Positions 13,813 to 26,847 of a stretch of 64,000 bases of DNA are shown here, in pieces. Numbering within the stretch: the stretch's first letter is position 1; every line of letters begins with the position of its first letter. The DNA lies in the NCBI GenBank assembly GCA_951406725.2, contig OX597838.1, positions 21,514,001 through 21,578,000 of the forward strand. Reading direction: 5' to 3'. The stretch is from Octopus vulgaris. Taxonomy: Eukaryota. The translations under genes and the position numbers were made by a program. Below the pieces are notes generated by a model. It was not told the DNA's origin. It was given only the letters and a program-made list of their open reading frames with translations, and ran no database searches.

Positions 13813-13996
13813 CACATACATACACATCATCAGAAATATAGAAAAAGTCCAAAGAAGGGGAGACGGAGAAAGAAAATAGCCAACGATACATACGCGGTCA
13901 CATGTTGAATATATATATATATATATATAACTAAAAATAAGGGTGTCTGAGAGACAACATATATATATATATATATTTGTATTTATGTGCTCTGAT

Positions 13997-14057
13997 ATAT
14001 TCAACTGATGACAACAAAGCTCATTTAAAGCAAAGCTAGAAATCCAGGATCTTGAAT
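13997..14057 (+). ncRNA. Type I hammerhead ribozyme-like motif
   Basis: ATTCAA-CTGATGA-(27 nt, weak stem II)-GAAA-TCCAGGA-TC-TTGAAT: perfect 6-bp stem I, canonical core, AUC cleavage triplet. Confidence 0.65.
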
Positions 14058-14286
14058 TATTCAGTAATATCTTTTTGCTAGTCTATTTTGTCCCTCTGTC
14101 TTATCTCATTGTGCGATATGAACATTTAAGGTGGTTTCTAGAGTCAGGGATTTGACTGCTATTTCGGCATGGTGGTGTCTCTCAGACACCCTTATTTTTA
14201 GTTGTAAAAAATTATAACCTTTGTACGGTATTTTTTTCCCATGCTGGCCACTTGATAACATCGATATTTAAATATCGATGTTATCC

Positions 14287-14339
<53 letters not shown>

Positions 14340-14677
14340 GCATGGTGGTGAAAAGATAGACGGAGAGGTGAAAGATCTTTTCTTGGGCCCTTCTAAAAAG
14401 CCGATTCCAAAATAAAATGAGACCGAGAAAGCAAGAATATAGACAGTCTCAGTTCTTGATTGCCATTATCGTTAGTGACTTCGAACGGAAGAAACACGAA
14501 ATCGACTAACACTGGATTCGAACACAGAGCGTAGAGAGCAAGGACAAATGGCGTGAAGCATTCTATTCCGACTCGGCCAGTACCCCTCCCTTTAATGACT
14601 TTGCTAATCTAACGACGCCACCGTCCTTTCATTGTATTGAGAGGTATTTATTAATATCATCTTACACACACACACAT

Positions 14678-14715
<38 letters not shown>

Positions 14716-14787
14716 CGAGACGAGCACGCACATAGACGACAATTTCAACACGTGTTTCCTTCCAAGATGTTCACCAGTTTCATAGTC

Positions 14788-14835
<48 letters not shown>

Positions 14836-14847
14836 TACATATATATA

Positions 14848-14896
<49 letters not shown>

Positions 14897-14931
14897 GTAT
14901 ATATGTATATATATATGCATATATACATATA

Positions 14932-14981
<50 letters not shown>

Positions 14982-15097
14982 TATGTATGTATAAATATAT
15001 AGCTTATCTATCTATCTATCTGTCTATATATATACACATACAAACATGCATGCATACATACATACATCCATCCATCCATCTATACATACATACGTAC

Positions 15098-15184
<87 letters not shown>

Positions 15185-15350
15185 TATGTTTTATAGAGTT
15201 AATTATTTATTTCTCTGCATAGTGCAAGCATAAGCACAGCTGCGTGTTGTGTGTGCGCTTGTGCGTGTGTGTGTTTGTGTATGTGCGTGTGTCTTTGTAT
15301 ATATGCGTACACACACACACACATATATATACAGAAACACACACACACAT

Positions 15351-15429
<79 letters not shown>

Positions 15430-15790
15430 CTACAATTAAGCACCCAATTTAGAAACACTTTGTCTTCCATTGACCTCTTCAACCTCACTCCATGTGTCAC
15501 TTTGTGTCATTGTCTCTTGTATGTGTCATTGTTCCTGCTGTCAATGTGCTTCTTGCTGACGACGGTGGTGATTGTGGCGGAGGCTGTGGTGGGTTGTTGT
15601 TGCAATTGTTGTTGTAAAACCCCAAGTCGGTTCCAATACGACCATCGTATGATTCAAGATGTCTTTAATGTTGAACATCATGTCTGTCCTATTCTTGGTT
15701 CAGTCATCTAAGTAGGACTCTATTGCATTATTGAAACTTGTAGCTGGGACACGAGATAACTAATGGAGGCATGCTTCTGTAATTAGCGCA

Positions 15791-15883
<93 letters not shown>

Positions 15884-16143
15884 GTTTGTCTGTTTACCTG
15901 TCTGTCTGTCTTCTCGTTTACACTTTATATTGACATTTATGTGATAACGATCCCTATTGATCGATTTTTTCTTTTTCATTTAATTTTTATTCGCCCCTCC
16001 TTTTTTTTTTTGCTTTCCTCTTTCTATCCTTTTACGATCCCTTTTGATCGAAACCAACCCCCCTTTTTTATCACCCAAAAGAAAAGCTCTATCTTGTAAT
16101 TTGTCCCGTCTGTGTGCAGCACTGTGTGGCTAATAAAGAAACA

Positions 16144-16245
<102 letters not shown>

Positions 16246-16254
16246 CCTACCTAC

Positions 16255-16340
<86 letters not shown>

Positions 16341-16344
16341 CCAA

Positions 16345-16481
16345 GGCTGTGCAGTAAGAGGTTTGGTTCCCAGCCATACGGTTCCGGATTCAGTCCTATT
16401 CCACGGCATCTTGAGCAAGTGTTTTCTACTATAAGTTCTGACTGAGCAAAGCCTTGTGAGTGGATTTGGTAGAGGAAAGCC

Positions 16482-16533
<52 letters not shown>

Positions 16534-16710
16534 TGTTTTGTGTGTTTGTGTCTGTGTTTGCCATCCTCTCCCCAACACCGCTTGGTAATTTGATTGTGGG
16601 TGTGTGGCAAGTAGCTTGCTTACTAACCACATGGTTCCGGGTTCAGTCCCATTGCATGGCACCTTGGGCAAGTGTCTTCTACTATAGCCTCGGGCCGACT
16701 AAAGCCTGTG
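16345..16710 (+). mobile_element. SINE family A, two degenerate partial copies
   Basis: Two heads (~16345 and ~16600) with family A sequence. Confidence 0.7.
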
Positions 16711-16817
16711 TGTCAATAGCCAGCTGGAGGAGGTGTCCTCCTGGGGCTACAAGCTACAGTAGCATCCACCCTTAGGGGTTAGCCACATTTAAGTGGGTAA
16801 TGTACTTCACGAGATAT

Positions 16818-16865
<48 letters not shown>

Positions 16866-17850
16866 ATGTGTGTGTATGTGTGTGTATACGCAAAAATAAA
16901 ATACAGACAATGCGTACATATATATATACATGCACGTATGTCGTATATATTGTACGCAATTGTGTTTGTCCGCCAATTGCTTAAAGAACATCGTCCATGC
17001 TTTCACCCTATGTCGTTTTTCGCTTCCGCGTTGCACTTGTACTATTGTTTTACGTTCTCATGTTTCTCCTTATTTTGTGCAAACAGAAAAAAAGGTTCGT
17101 AGTTTATTTAATTTAACAACTAGACATACATTTATATTTCTTTCCTCTTACCTAGTCTCTACTCCACAGGTTCCCAACCGGTGTGCTGCGAGATCAACCG
17201 AGGTGTACCGCGAAATATACATACGTATGTGGTATCCTGATTGATCATTTAGAGTCAAAAATACATTTTGATACTATTTTAGCAATAAATAATATTGTCA
17301 TCTTATATTTTGTATTGTTGTCTATTTTATGTTAATTATATGAACATTGGTGAAATAAAATTGTTTATTATCGATTCTAGGGACATAGTTTTCTTACACA
17401 TATGTTATTACCCAGGGACAAAGTTTTGTTATGTTGATGTTGAATAAAAAAAATACAGCCGCCATATTAGATTTTCTATTAGGGGTGCCTTGGATTTCTG
17501 AAAAACATGGTAAGGGTGCCTCAAGTTAGAAGAGGAGAGGATATTATGCTCTAGTCTTAACCATACACGGTTTCCCTATCATTGTTTTTACTCAGCCGCA
17601 GTTGTTACGTCTCCACAATATATCTTGCCTTGTTTTCGCGCCTCTTTTCTGTTATCAGCGTAACTAAGGGATTATGATGCCACTATGTTAGCAGTTTTCT
17701 CTCAAGGTATCGAAACTCCTAGCATTCTTAGTGAGGTAGCTGCTGAAGATTAAATTTGTGTTTACTTTTTTTTTTGTTTGATATACGTTTTCGTTGATTC
17801 TGTTTGTCAAGGTCTTTATCGCTTGTGCTCATTCCGCATTTATCACTATA

Positions 17851-17978
17851 CAGTAATTCTTCGCCATATCACGGTTCACCTATCGCGGTTTATCATTTAA
17901 GGTTACGTCGATTCCTCCGTGGTGTTGTTTTGTATTTAAAATAAAATAAATATATACAAATTATAATATATATATATT

Positions 17979-18018
<40 letters not shown>

Positions 18019-18099
18019 GTACTATTTCTATTTCGCGGATTTTCACATATCGCGTGGGGTATTTGGAACGTAACACCCGCGATAGTCAAGGAATTACTG
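17851..18099. mobile_element. pogo/Tigger-like MITE
   Basis: TA-CAGTAATTCTTCGCCATATC ... GATAGTCAAGGAATTACTG-TA. Confidence 0.75.
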
Positions 18100-18321
18100 T
18101 ATATAAGATTTACAAAAGCCGCCAAATAATGCCGAGGAGACCAGCAAGAATTGCAAGACTAATAAGACTTTTACGTGCGACCTGGAAGAAGAAACAGGAA
18201 CCCAGGATCCGGACATTTGCCGAGGGCTGTTTTGTCCCATATGAAGAAAACTCTGTAGTGATCTCCATTAGATGTCGAAGGAAAACTGTTTTAGTTCATT
18301 ATTGCCAAAAGATTAACAGCA

Positions 18322-18500
18322 GGCGTAGGAGTGGCTGTGTGGTAAGTAGCTTGCTTACGAACCACATGGTTCCGGGTTCAGTCCCACTGCGTGGCATCTC
18401 GGGCAAGCTTGGGCAAGTGTCTTCTACTATAGCCTCGGGCCGACCAATGCCTTGTGAGTGGATTTGGTAGACGGAAGCTGAAAGAAGCCCATCGTATATA
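18322..18500 (+). mobile_element. SINE family A, 5' half
   Basis: Head through GAAAGAAGCCC then microsatellite. Confidence 0.85.
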
Positions 18501-18607
18501 TGTATATATATTTATATATGTATGTGTGTGTGTGTGCATAATGACTCAAATATATTTTTTAACCTTTTAAAACAAGCCTTCTGTAGTTTTTTCACTTTTT
18601 ACTATTT

Positions 18608-18690
<83 letters not shown>

Positions 18691-18691
18691 T

Positions 18692-18737
<46 letters not shown>

Positions 18738-18844
18738 TTTTTTCTCTCTTTCTCTCTCTCTGTATATATATATATATATATGTATTTATGTATGTATATA
18801 TATATAAGCTGAATATTCTGTGCAAATGATTGAAGAAATCAGGC

Positions 18845-19548
18845 ACGTCTCTTCTGAGGACCAGATATCAAACTGCGAAGTAGTCCATCAGGAGTTTCCA
18901 CGCCCTTTTTTCAGCACATCCAAAGTATAGAAGGAATATGATTTCATACTTATAACTCCCTTTATATATTTCACTTCCTTTCTCATTGGTCAGTTTTTGC
19001 TGAAGGAGAAAGTTTGATATTGCTGCCCTCGTTTGACTTTGCTTGTGATGTAGGCTCATCTGCGATCTTGGATAGTAGACGGTCGAGATGCTTCATGAAA
19101 ACACATACCACTTCTGCATGAAGATCCCTGAGGCTTTTAGTCAAGATAATAGATACTGTGGGCCATTGAATCTCAAGCTCTTGTCGTGCCTGGTCCTTAC
19201 TTGAAACAGGATTTTTGTGGGACATTTTGAAAATTGGTGTGGGGTCCTGTTCGGAGGCCGGTATTGATCTCGACGCCGAAAATTGTTATATTGATTTCGA
19301 CGCCGAAATTTGTTATATTGATTTCGACGCCGAAATTTGTTATATTGATTTCGACGCCGAAATATTAACGGGTATCTCTCTCGACTTCGCTCCAGTGAGT
19401 AGAGTAGAGTAGCAATTCTTTCAACCCAAGTGTGTCATTAATGAAATCTTCTTCTTGTAGCGCCGCTGAACTGACTGAAGTTCCGCTATTAATTTGATAC
19501 TGTGGGGGAGACCATAGTTCAGAGGAGTAGTCAAGATGGCTGAGGACT
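18845..19548 (-). mobile_element. CR1/L2-like LINE 3' fragment (degenerate RT C-terminus)
   Basis: LSHLDYSSELWSP followed by frameshifted ELQSVQRRYKKKI.LM..LG.KN and LYSLERSR, typical of CR1-type ORF2 ends. Confidence 0.65.
19261..19365. repeat. 27-bp tandem repeat x~4
   Basis: TATTGATTTCGACGCCGAAATTTGTTA repeated head-to-tail inside the LINE fragment. Confidence 0.9.
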
Positions 19549-19750
19549 CCCGCACGCACGCACACACACACACATGTGTATATATGTGTGTGTACATATA
19601 TATATATATGTATATATGTGTATATTATATATATACACATAAATGTATGCATACTCTCAATTTTTTGTATATATGTCTGCGTATACATGCATGGACATAT
19701 GTAAATATGTATTTATCTATGTATGTATTATACATGTATACATATATGTG

Positions 19751-19810
<60 letters not shown>

Positions 19811-19916
19811 GATAGATAAATAGATACATACAGATATGTATTTATATATATATGTGTATGTATGTATGCATATACATAGATATACACACATGTCTCGCCA
19901 AGATAAATATTTAAAC

Positions 19917-19980
19917 CACCTGATGAATGACCGTGATTTGAAAATTTAAAGAAATTAACAGCCATGAAACGATCGTAGTG
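19917..19980 (+). ncRNA. Type I hammerhead ribozyme-like motif
   Basis: CAC-CTGATGA-ATGACCGTGATTT...AAATTAACAGCCAT-GAAA-CGATCG-TA-GTG: canonical core, long imperfect stem II, palindromic stem III, GUA triplet. Confidence 0.75.
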
Positions 19981-20106
19981 ATATATTAATTATATTTTTT
20001 TAATAATTTTGTTATATATTTAAATAATATAAATTAAATAATCTTATGTATTGGCTTAAGTTTTTCATTGTATGATTTGCCTAATAGTGGTTTTGTCTCT
20101 AATTTA

Positions 20107-20171
<65 letters not shown>

Positions 20172-20744
20172 CTATGTATATATATATATATATATGTATG
20201 TATATAAATATAAATATGTACACACACACACACACATACACATTTAAATACACTATGCCGTACACGAAGCACACGCCACACATTTCCAAATTTAAAGTCA
20301 AGATTGCCTCAGGAAAAGAAAAGAAAACAAAAAAAAACAATGCAAAAAAATGTTAAAAAAAAAGAAAAGAAACGCGGAAATAGGAAACGCGTCTGTGCTT
20401 TTGTCGGTTTTCAAATGCTATTTGATCGTTCCTATTGGTCACTTTTCCTGTCACGTGCTTCCTACTTGAAATTGTCACGTGCCTCCCTCTTAAGACGTAT
20501 CTCATTTGTATCTATTCTGTCCTTTTAATTAATTAACTATTCTGTTTATTGAAGCCTTTTGTTCGCCGCATTTGTTATTTGTGTTACTGTTGGCATATTT
20601 TGGCTGATGTTATTGTTATAGATGTTTATAACGCGGTGAGCCGTGATTCAAAATTTGAACGTCGCTTTTGTTCTTGATAAAACGCACTTGATAGAAACAA
20701 TGTTCCTTATTTACATAAATACACACATACTTATATACATACTT

Positions 20745-20920
20745 CGTCTGTCGTTACGTTCTGAGTTCAAATTCCGCCGAGGTCAACTTTGCTTTTCATC
20801 CTTTCGGGGTCGATAAATAAAGTACCAGTTTCGCACTGGGGTCGATGTAATCGACTTAATTCCTTTGTCTGTCCTTGTTTGCCCCCTCTATGTTTAACTC
20901 CTTGTGGGCAGTAAAGAAAT
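20745..20920 (+). mobile_element. SINE family B
   Basis: Core and tail TTGTGGGCAGTAAAGAAATA. Confidence 0.85.
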
Positions 20921-21039
20921 ATATATATAAATACACACACATATACATACATGCATACATGCATACGTATACATACATACACACAATTATACACATACAT
21001 ACAGGCATATATACATACATACATATATATCACCGTGAT

Positions 21040-21320
21040 CACCGTGACCGACCAGGCTATCAGATGTTGCTACACATCGCTGGTCACAATGCGCTTCGCA
21101 TTGTTTTAGCCTTCAAATGACGCCACCCCGCTGGCTAAGCGAGCAGGCCAACAGAAGAAAGAGTGAGAGAAAGTTGTGACGAAAGAGTACAGCAGGGATT
21201 GCCACCACCCCCTGCCGGAGACTCGTGGAGCTTTAGGTGTTTTCGCTCAATAAACACTCACAACGCCCGGTCTGGGAATCGAAACCGCGATCCTACGACC
21301 GCGAGTCCGCTGCCCCAACC
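21040..21320 (-). mobile_element. SINE family C variant with a different 3' part
   Basis: Shares head/body with 22090-22477 up to ACTTTCTCTCACT, then diverges. Confidence 0.7.
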
Positions 21321-21346
21321 AATTTTTTTATGTATACATATATATA

Positions 21347-21760
21347 GGCGCAGGAGTGGCTGTGTGGTAAGTAGCTTGCTAACCAACTACATGGTTCCGG
21401 GTTCAGTCCCACCGCGTAGCATCTTGGGCAAGTGTCTTCTGCTATAGCCCCGGGCCAACCAATGCCTTGTGAGTGGATTTGGTAGACGGAAACTGAAAGA
21501 AGCCTGTCGTATATATGTATATATATATGTGTGTATGTGTGTGTATGTGTTTGTGTGTCTGTGTTTGTCCCCCTAGCATTGCTTGACAACCGATGCCGGT
21601 GTGTTTACGTCCCCGTAACTTAGCGGTTCGGCATAAGAGACCGATAGAATAAGTACTTTGCTTACAAAAGAATAAGTCCCGGGGTCGATTTGCTCGACTA
21701 AAAGCGGTGCTCCAGCATGGCCGCAGTCAAATGACTGAAACAAGTAAAAGAGTAAAGAGT
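21347..21760 (+). mobile_element. SINE family A, full length
   Basis: Head to GTAAAAGAGTAAAGAGT tail. Confidence 0.9.
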
Positions 21761-22089
21761 ATATATATATATATATATACATAAAATTTTTTTTTGTACT
21801 TCATACGAAATGTAAGATGATAACGGAGAGGAAAGTGTCATCCTTCTGTAAATTTAATGGAAAAGAGGCGAGTGTAGCAAGCCTGGTAAGAATGGCTGGA
21901 TAGTTTCGCTCTCAATTTTCATTTGCAGTTTCATTGATGAGAGCTGGCACTTGTATTCGTTACTTTTTGCCTGTCTTGTATATTGCATGTGATACACAGG
22001 ACATATTTCCTTGGCATTTATATATCGTATGATACACATTGTCAGTGCTTTTAGCTTATGAAAGAAAAGCTTTATATTATACATAACAT

Positions 22090-22477
22090 GGAATGGAAGC
22101 ACTCCGCCGGTTACAACGACGAGGGTTCCGGTTGATCCGAATCAACAGAACAGCCTGCTCGTGAAATTAACGTGTAAGTGGCTGAGCACTCCACAGACAC
22201 GTGTACCCTTAACGTAGTTCTCGGGGATATTCAGCGTGACACAGAGAGTGACAAGGCCGGCTCTTTGAAATACAGGTACAACAGAAACAGGAAGTAACAG
22301 TGAGAGAAAGTTGTGGTGAAAGAGTACAGCAGGGATCACCACCATCCCCTGCCGGAACCTCGTGGAGCTTTAGGTGTTTTCGCTCAATAAACACTCACAA
22401 CGCCCGGTCTGGGAATCGAAACCGCGATCCTATGACCTCGAGTCCGCTGCCCTAACCACTGGGCCATTGCGCCTCCA
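22090..22477 (-). mobile_element. tRNA-derived SINE family C, full length
   Basis: Minus-strand head GGAGGCGCAATGGCCCAGTGGTTAGGGCAGCGGACTCGAGGTC...GGTTTCGATTCCC (A/B boxes). Homologous to 56898-57290 and 29700-29968. Confidence 0.85.
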
Positions 22478-22769
22478 CATACATAACATATGAAACAAAG
22501 GCTAACCAAAAGTCTGAAAACAAGCATGGTCGTCGAGGACAAACTTATTAAAATGCTTTGGACAAACAAAAAGTTAAGAAGGGCATTTGAGGGACTTGCA
22601 AGGTACCCTAAACGAGTGGCCCTTTTTTAAACATATATATATTAAATACGGTGATCACTTATAAGCTTTGAGTTTATAAAATAGTATTATTATTACTCTT
22701 TTACTCTTTTTCTTGTTTCAGTCATTTGATTGCGGCCATGCTGGAGCACCGCCTTTTTAGTCAAGCAAA

Positions 22770-23030
22770 TCATCATCATCATCATCATCATCATCAGCAT
22801 CATCATCATCATCAACATCATCATCATCATTATCATCATTTTCATATACACTCAACGGATTAGACTGTTGGAAAAGAAAGGGATCCTAACATTGGGCTCT
22901 AACAAGTTGCCTTATTTGCCAAGAACCCTTCTAAATATCCTAGCTGTCCCTTGTAACACTGTTTTCTGGAACTGCACTAAACTGGGTTTTATGCCTATTT
23001 CCTCTATCCATCTGTTCGCATCTCTATCCA
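22770..23030 (-). mobile_element. Short 3' fragment of a second RLE-type LINE with (TGA)n tail
   Basis: Minus strand translates NRWIEEIGIKPSLVQFQKTVLQGTARIFRRVLGK* (stop at 22912-22914), followed by a UTR and (ATG/TGA)n. Confidence 0.7.
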
Positions 23031-23189
23031 TCTGTTCGACTTTGCCTTTCATCCTTTTGGGGTCGATAAATTAAGTACCAGTTGCTTACTGGGATCGATG
23101 TAATCAACAAGCCCCATTCCTCAAAATTTCAGGCCTTGTGCCTATAGCAGAAAGGATTATTATTAATATTATTATTATTATTATTATTA

Positions 23190-23736
23190 TTGAGTGAGAG
23201 AGCAGTTCATGCCATCAAAGTGACACTGGGGTAAAATATACGAAGCCCAATATACCCATCATGACTACCCGTCTGATAAGGGTACACCAGGCACATGCAT
23301 CACAACCATATGTGCGCGACATGGTGATCTCATATCAAGATAAACAGCACATGACCTTGCAGGTGGGGCTCAGTTAGAATTTTCTTCAGGTTGAGTAGCC
23401 CATCCCGCTCAAAAGGTCCCCGAATAAGGGTTGTTTAAGGATGTTGAAAGAATCACCCATGTTTCCAGGGGTGAACCATTCAAACCCCAAAGAATCCCTC
23501 TCAACACATGGCTATGATGCTCCCCCACTACTTCTGCTCGTGATCAGAGATGCACATATCGTCAGCCACTAAGGGACATGCTCAACTGGTTAAGGTCAAA
23601 CAACTGACAAGCAAATCTGTGGTATTGAGCAGAATATTTGCTGTAGCCCATCTTTTATACCAAGACAAAACAATGTACATGATAACACTTCCAATCAGTT
23701 AAGATCAGAAGCCATGAGAGCCACTGCCTGGTACTG

Positions 23737-23738
<2 letters not shown>
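23190..23738. repeat. Unclassified ~550-bp non-coding element embedded in (ATT)n
   Basis: Complex, GC-balanced block with sharp borders and (ATT)n on both sides, adjacent to RLE-LINE fragments. Confidence 0.45.
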
Positions 23739-23795
<57 letters not shown>

Positions 23796-23806
23796 TTATC
23801 ATCCTT

Positions 23807-23838
<32 letters not shown>

Positions 23839-23865
23839 TATCATTACTTTTACTATTACTATTAC

Positions 23866-23918
<53 letters not shown>

Positions 23919-23985
23919 TTATCATCCTTATCATCATCATCATCATCATCATCATCATTATCATTACTTTTACTATTACTATTAC

Positions 23986-24017
<32 letters not shown>

Positions 24018-24084
24018 TTATCATCCTTATCATCATCATCATCATCATCATCATCATTATCATTACTATTACTATTACTATTAC

Positions 24085-24156
<72 letters not shown>

Positions 24157-24165
24157 TATTATTTT
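23738..24165. repeat. Compound (ATT)/(ATC)/(ACT) microsatellite with ~100-125-bp higher-order triplication
   Basis: TATATTTATCATCCTTATCATC...ATTATCATTACT occurs three times. Confidence 0.85.
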
Positions 24166-24677
24166 ATTGGTGTTGTATTAAAACTCACAGCTTATATTGC
24201 TGGGTATGATGGAAAGTGTCAGCTGTCCACAGTCAGCAGATTAAGGTGACACTTGTTTACTAGTTATGCTCCAAGAACTCTGCGAAGAATTCTTGCAATT
24301 TCAAGCCATGCTGATTTTTGTAGGTGTTCTACCTTCACACTTGCACCGATCTTTTTCGGCCATGTTGGTAGTTGAGTGCTGATACTTCCAAGTGCAACAA
24401 TTACTATTGGTATCACGTCTACTCTCTTCATTGACCATAACCTTCGTATTTCCCACTTTAAATCGGCATAGTTGTTTATTTTTCCTTCTTCTTCCACATT
24501 GATCCTGTTGTCACCGGGGCATGCTATGTCGATTATCATACATGTTCTTTGTTTTTTATTCACCGCAAGAATGTCCAGTTTCCTATCTCTGGTCAGGTGA
24601 TGGCACTGGATCATTGCATCCCACAGGATATTGTAATTCTCATTTTCGGTGACACCTTCTGGAGTTTTCTCATACCA
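24165..24677 (-). mobile_element. 3' fragment of an RLE-endonuclease non-LTR retrotransposon (R4/Dong-like) with (TAA)n tail
   Basis: Translates WYEKTPEGVTENENYNILWDAMIQCHHLTRDRKLDILAVNKKQRTCMIIDIACPGD...KINNYADL...VIPIVIVALG...LQKSAWLEIARILRRVL*, a PD-D-type RLE domain. A short 3' UTR runs into (TAA)n. Confidence 0.85.
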
Positions 24678-24759
24678 CGATAACCAGTTGAGTACTGGGG
24701 TCGATATAATCGTTTATCCTCTCCTCGCAATTTCAGACCTTGTGCCTATAGCAAGAAAG

Positions 24760-24842
<83 letters not shown>

Positions 24843-24910
24843 AAATTAAAAGAAGAGTGCCATTGTCATCTAGTGAACGATATTTCGACATCTTGTGTGT
24901 CTTCAACAGG

Positions 24911-24977
<67 letters not shown>

Positions 24978-25173
24978 TTTTCTTTTTCTTTTTTTAAGGC
25001 GGCGAACCGGCACGCCGGGCCAAATGCTCATCGGCGTTTCGTCCGTCTTTACGTTCTGAGTTCAAATTCCTCCAAGGGGACGACTTTGACTTTCACTGGG
25101 GTCGATGTAATCGACTAGTCCCCCCACCCCTCCATTCCACCAAATTTCAGGCTTTGTGCTTTTAATAGACAGA

Positions 25174-25218
<45 letters not shown>

Positions 25219-25465
25219 GTTGCTGTTGTTGTTGTTGTTACCATCACAGTTTTAAGAAGTAGACAAACATAATAAATCAGAAAAAACTTTCGCGTTTCGT
25301 TTGTTCACACAAATAAAGGATGTGAACACAATTACTTCAAACTTGTTTTGTTTCTAGTTCACTTTTGTTTGTTTGTGTGTGTGCATGTGTGTGTGCGTGC
25401 ATAAATGAATGAATATGTATACATACGTATATGTGTGTATTAATATGCATATATATGTATGTATG

Positions 25466-25497
<32 letters not shown>

Positions 25498-25737
25498 CTA
25501 ATGCATAACATACATATACATACATATATATAGTAATATATATATATACATTCATATATATACATATACATATATATATATATATATATATACAAACATA
25601 TATATACATATATATATACACGCATATATATATATATATACATTTATATATATATACATATATATACATACATACATATATATATACATATAAATATATA
25701 TATATAAATGTATATATATGCATACATATATATATAC

Positions 25738-25769
<32 letters not shown>

Positions 25770-25823
25770 CTATATATAGACTCAGATGTACATATATATA
25801 TATACATATATATATATATACAT

Positions 25824-25858
<35 letters not shown>

Positions 25859-25887
25859 CGTACATATGTATATACACACACATATAT

Positions 25888-25975
<88 letters not shown>

Positions 25976-26628
25976 GCACATATATATATGTGTGTGTGTG
26001 GCTGTGTGTGTGTATGCCTCTGTGTGTGTGTGTGTGTTTTGAATGTATATGCACCTCGTGTGATGTACATTTATTCAGACTAACTAAAACGCCACGGATG
26101 TCTCGTATTAAATTCATTAATGAGAAGGTCAAAAGGAGAAAAGGGGGAAATGTCGTGTTTGTGTGTGCGTGTGTATGCATGTTTCTGTGTATCTATGTAT
26201 GTGTGTATTCATCAGTGTTTTTGTGTGTGTGTGTGTGTCTGTGTGTGTATGTGTGTGCATTGGTTATTCTTTTGATGTCTCCTATTCTGTATATCTTTAC
26301 GTTTCCTCTTCGCCATAGAGATGCTTTGCTCATCTCTCCACCCCCCTCAACACACTCTACCACACTTTATGAATAAGGGCACCGTTACCCAAAAGACTCA
26401 CGTTATGGGGTCACTCACTCACTTTGGGACATGATATCATGAGTTGACTTGTAAAATTTTCAAAGAAAAAAAAAATATGGGGGAAAACAGAAAAAGAGTG
26501 AGAGGAGGAGGGTGGAGAGAAAGAGATAAAGAGAACTATATTATGAAAAAGAAAACAATATCTCCAAAAATTTGCATGTGTGTGCGCATGTATATATGTA
26601 AGTATGTATGTATGTATGTATTTATGTA

Positions 26629-26847
26629 AGAGGGGGTACTGAAAAGTTCCTGGTTTCGGGTGACAAAAAAATACAAGAAGAATCAGTCAATTATGATTTT
26701 ATTCAACATATTCCATTCTCAGATTCACACACTTATTGGAGCGGTCCGTCAGATTTTGAAAGCTCTGTTAAAGAACTCGGAATATTGGGCTTCCAACTAT
26801 GCCTCTCGTGATAGCTTTAAAGCCAAGAGCTTTTCGGCACCACCTCG
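26629..26847. mobile_element. Degenerate mariner-type MITE
   Basis: Imperfect TIRs GAGGGGGTACTGAAAAGTTC / GAGCTTTTCGGCACCACCTCG. Confidence 0.6.

Noticed and set aside
19261-19365. 27-bp repeats with an internal palindrome resembling a CRISPR array
   Set aside because: The repeats are contiguous with no unique spacers, there are no cas genes, and the context is a eukaryotic LINE.
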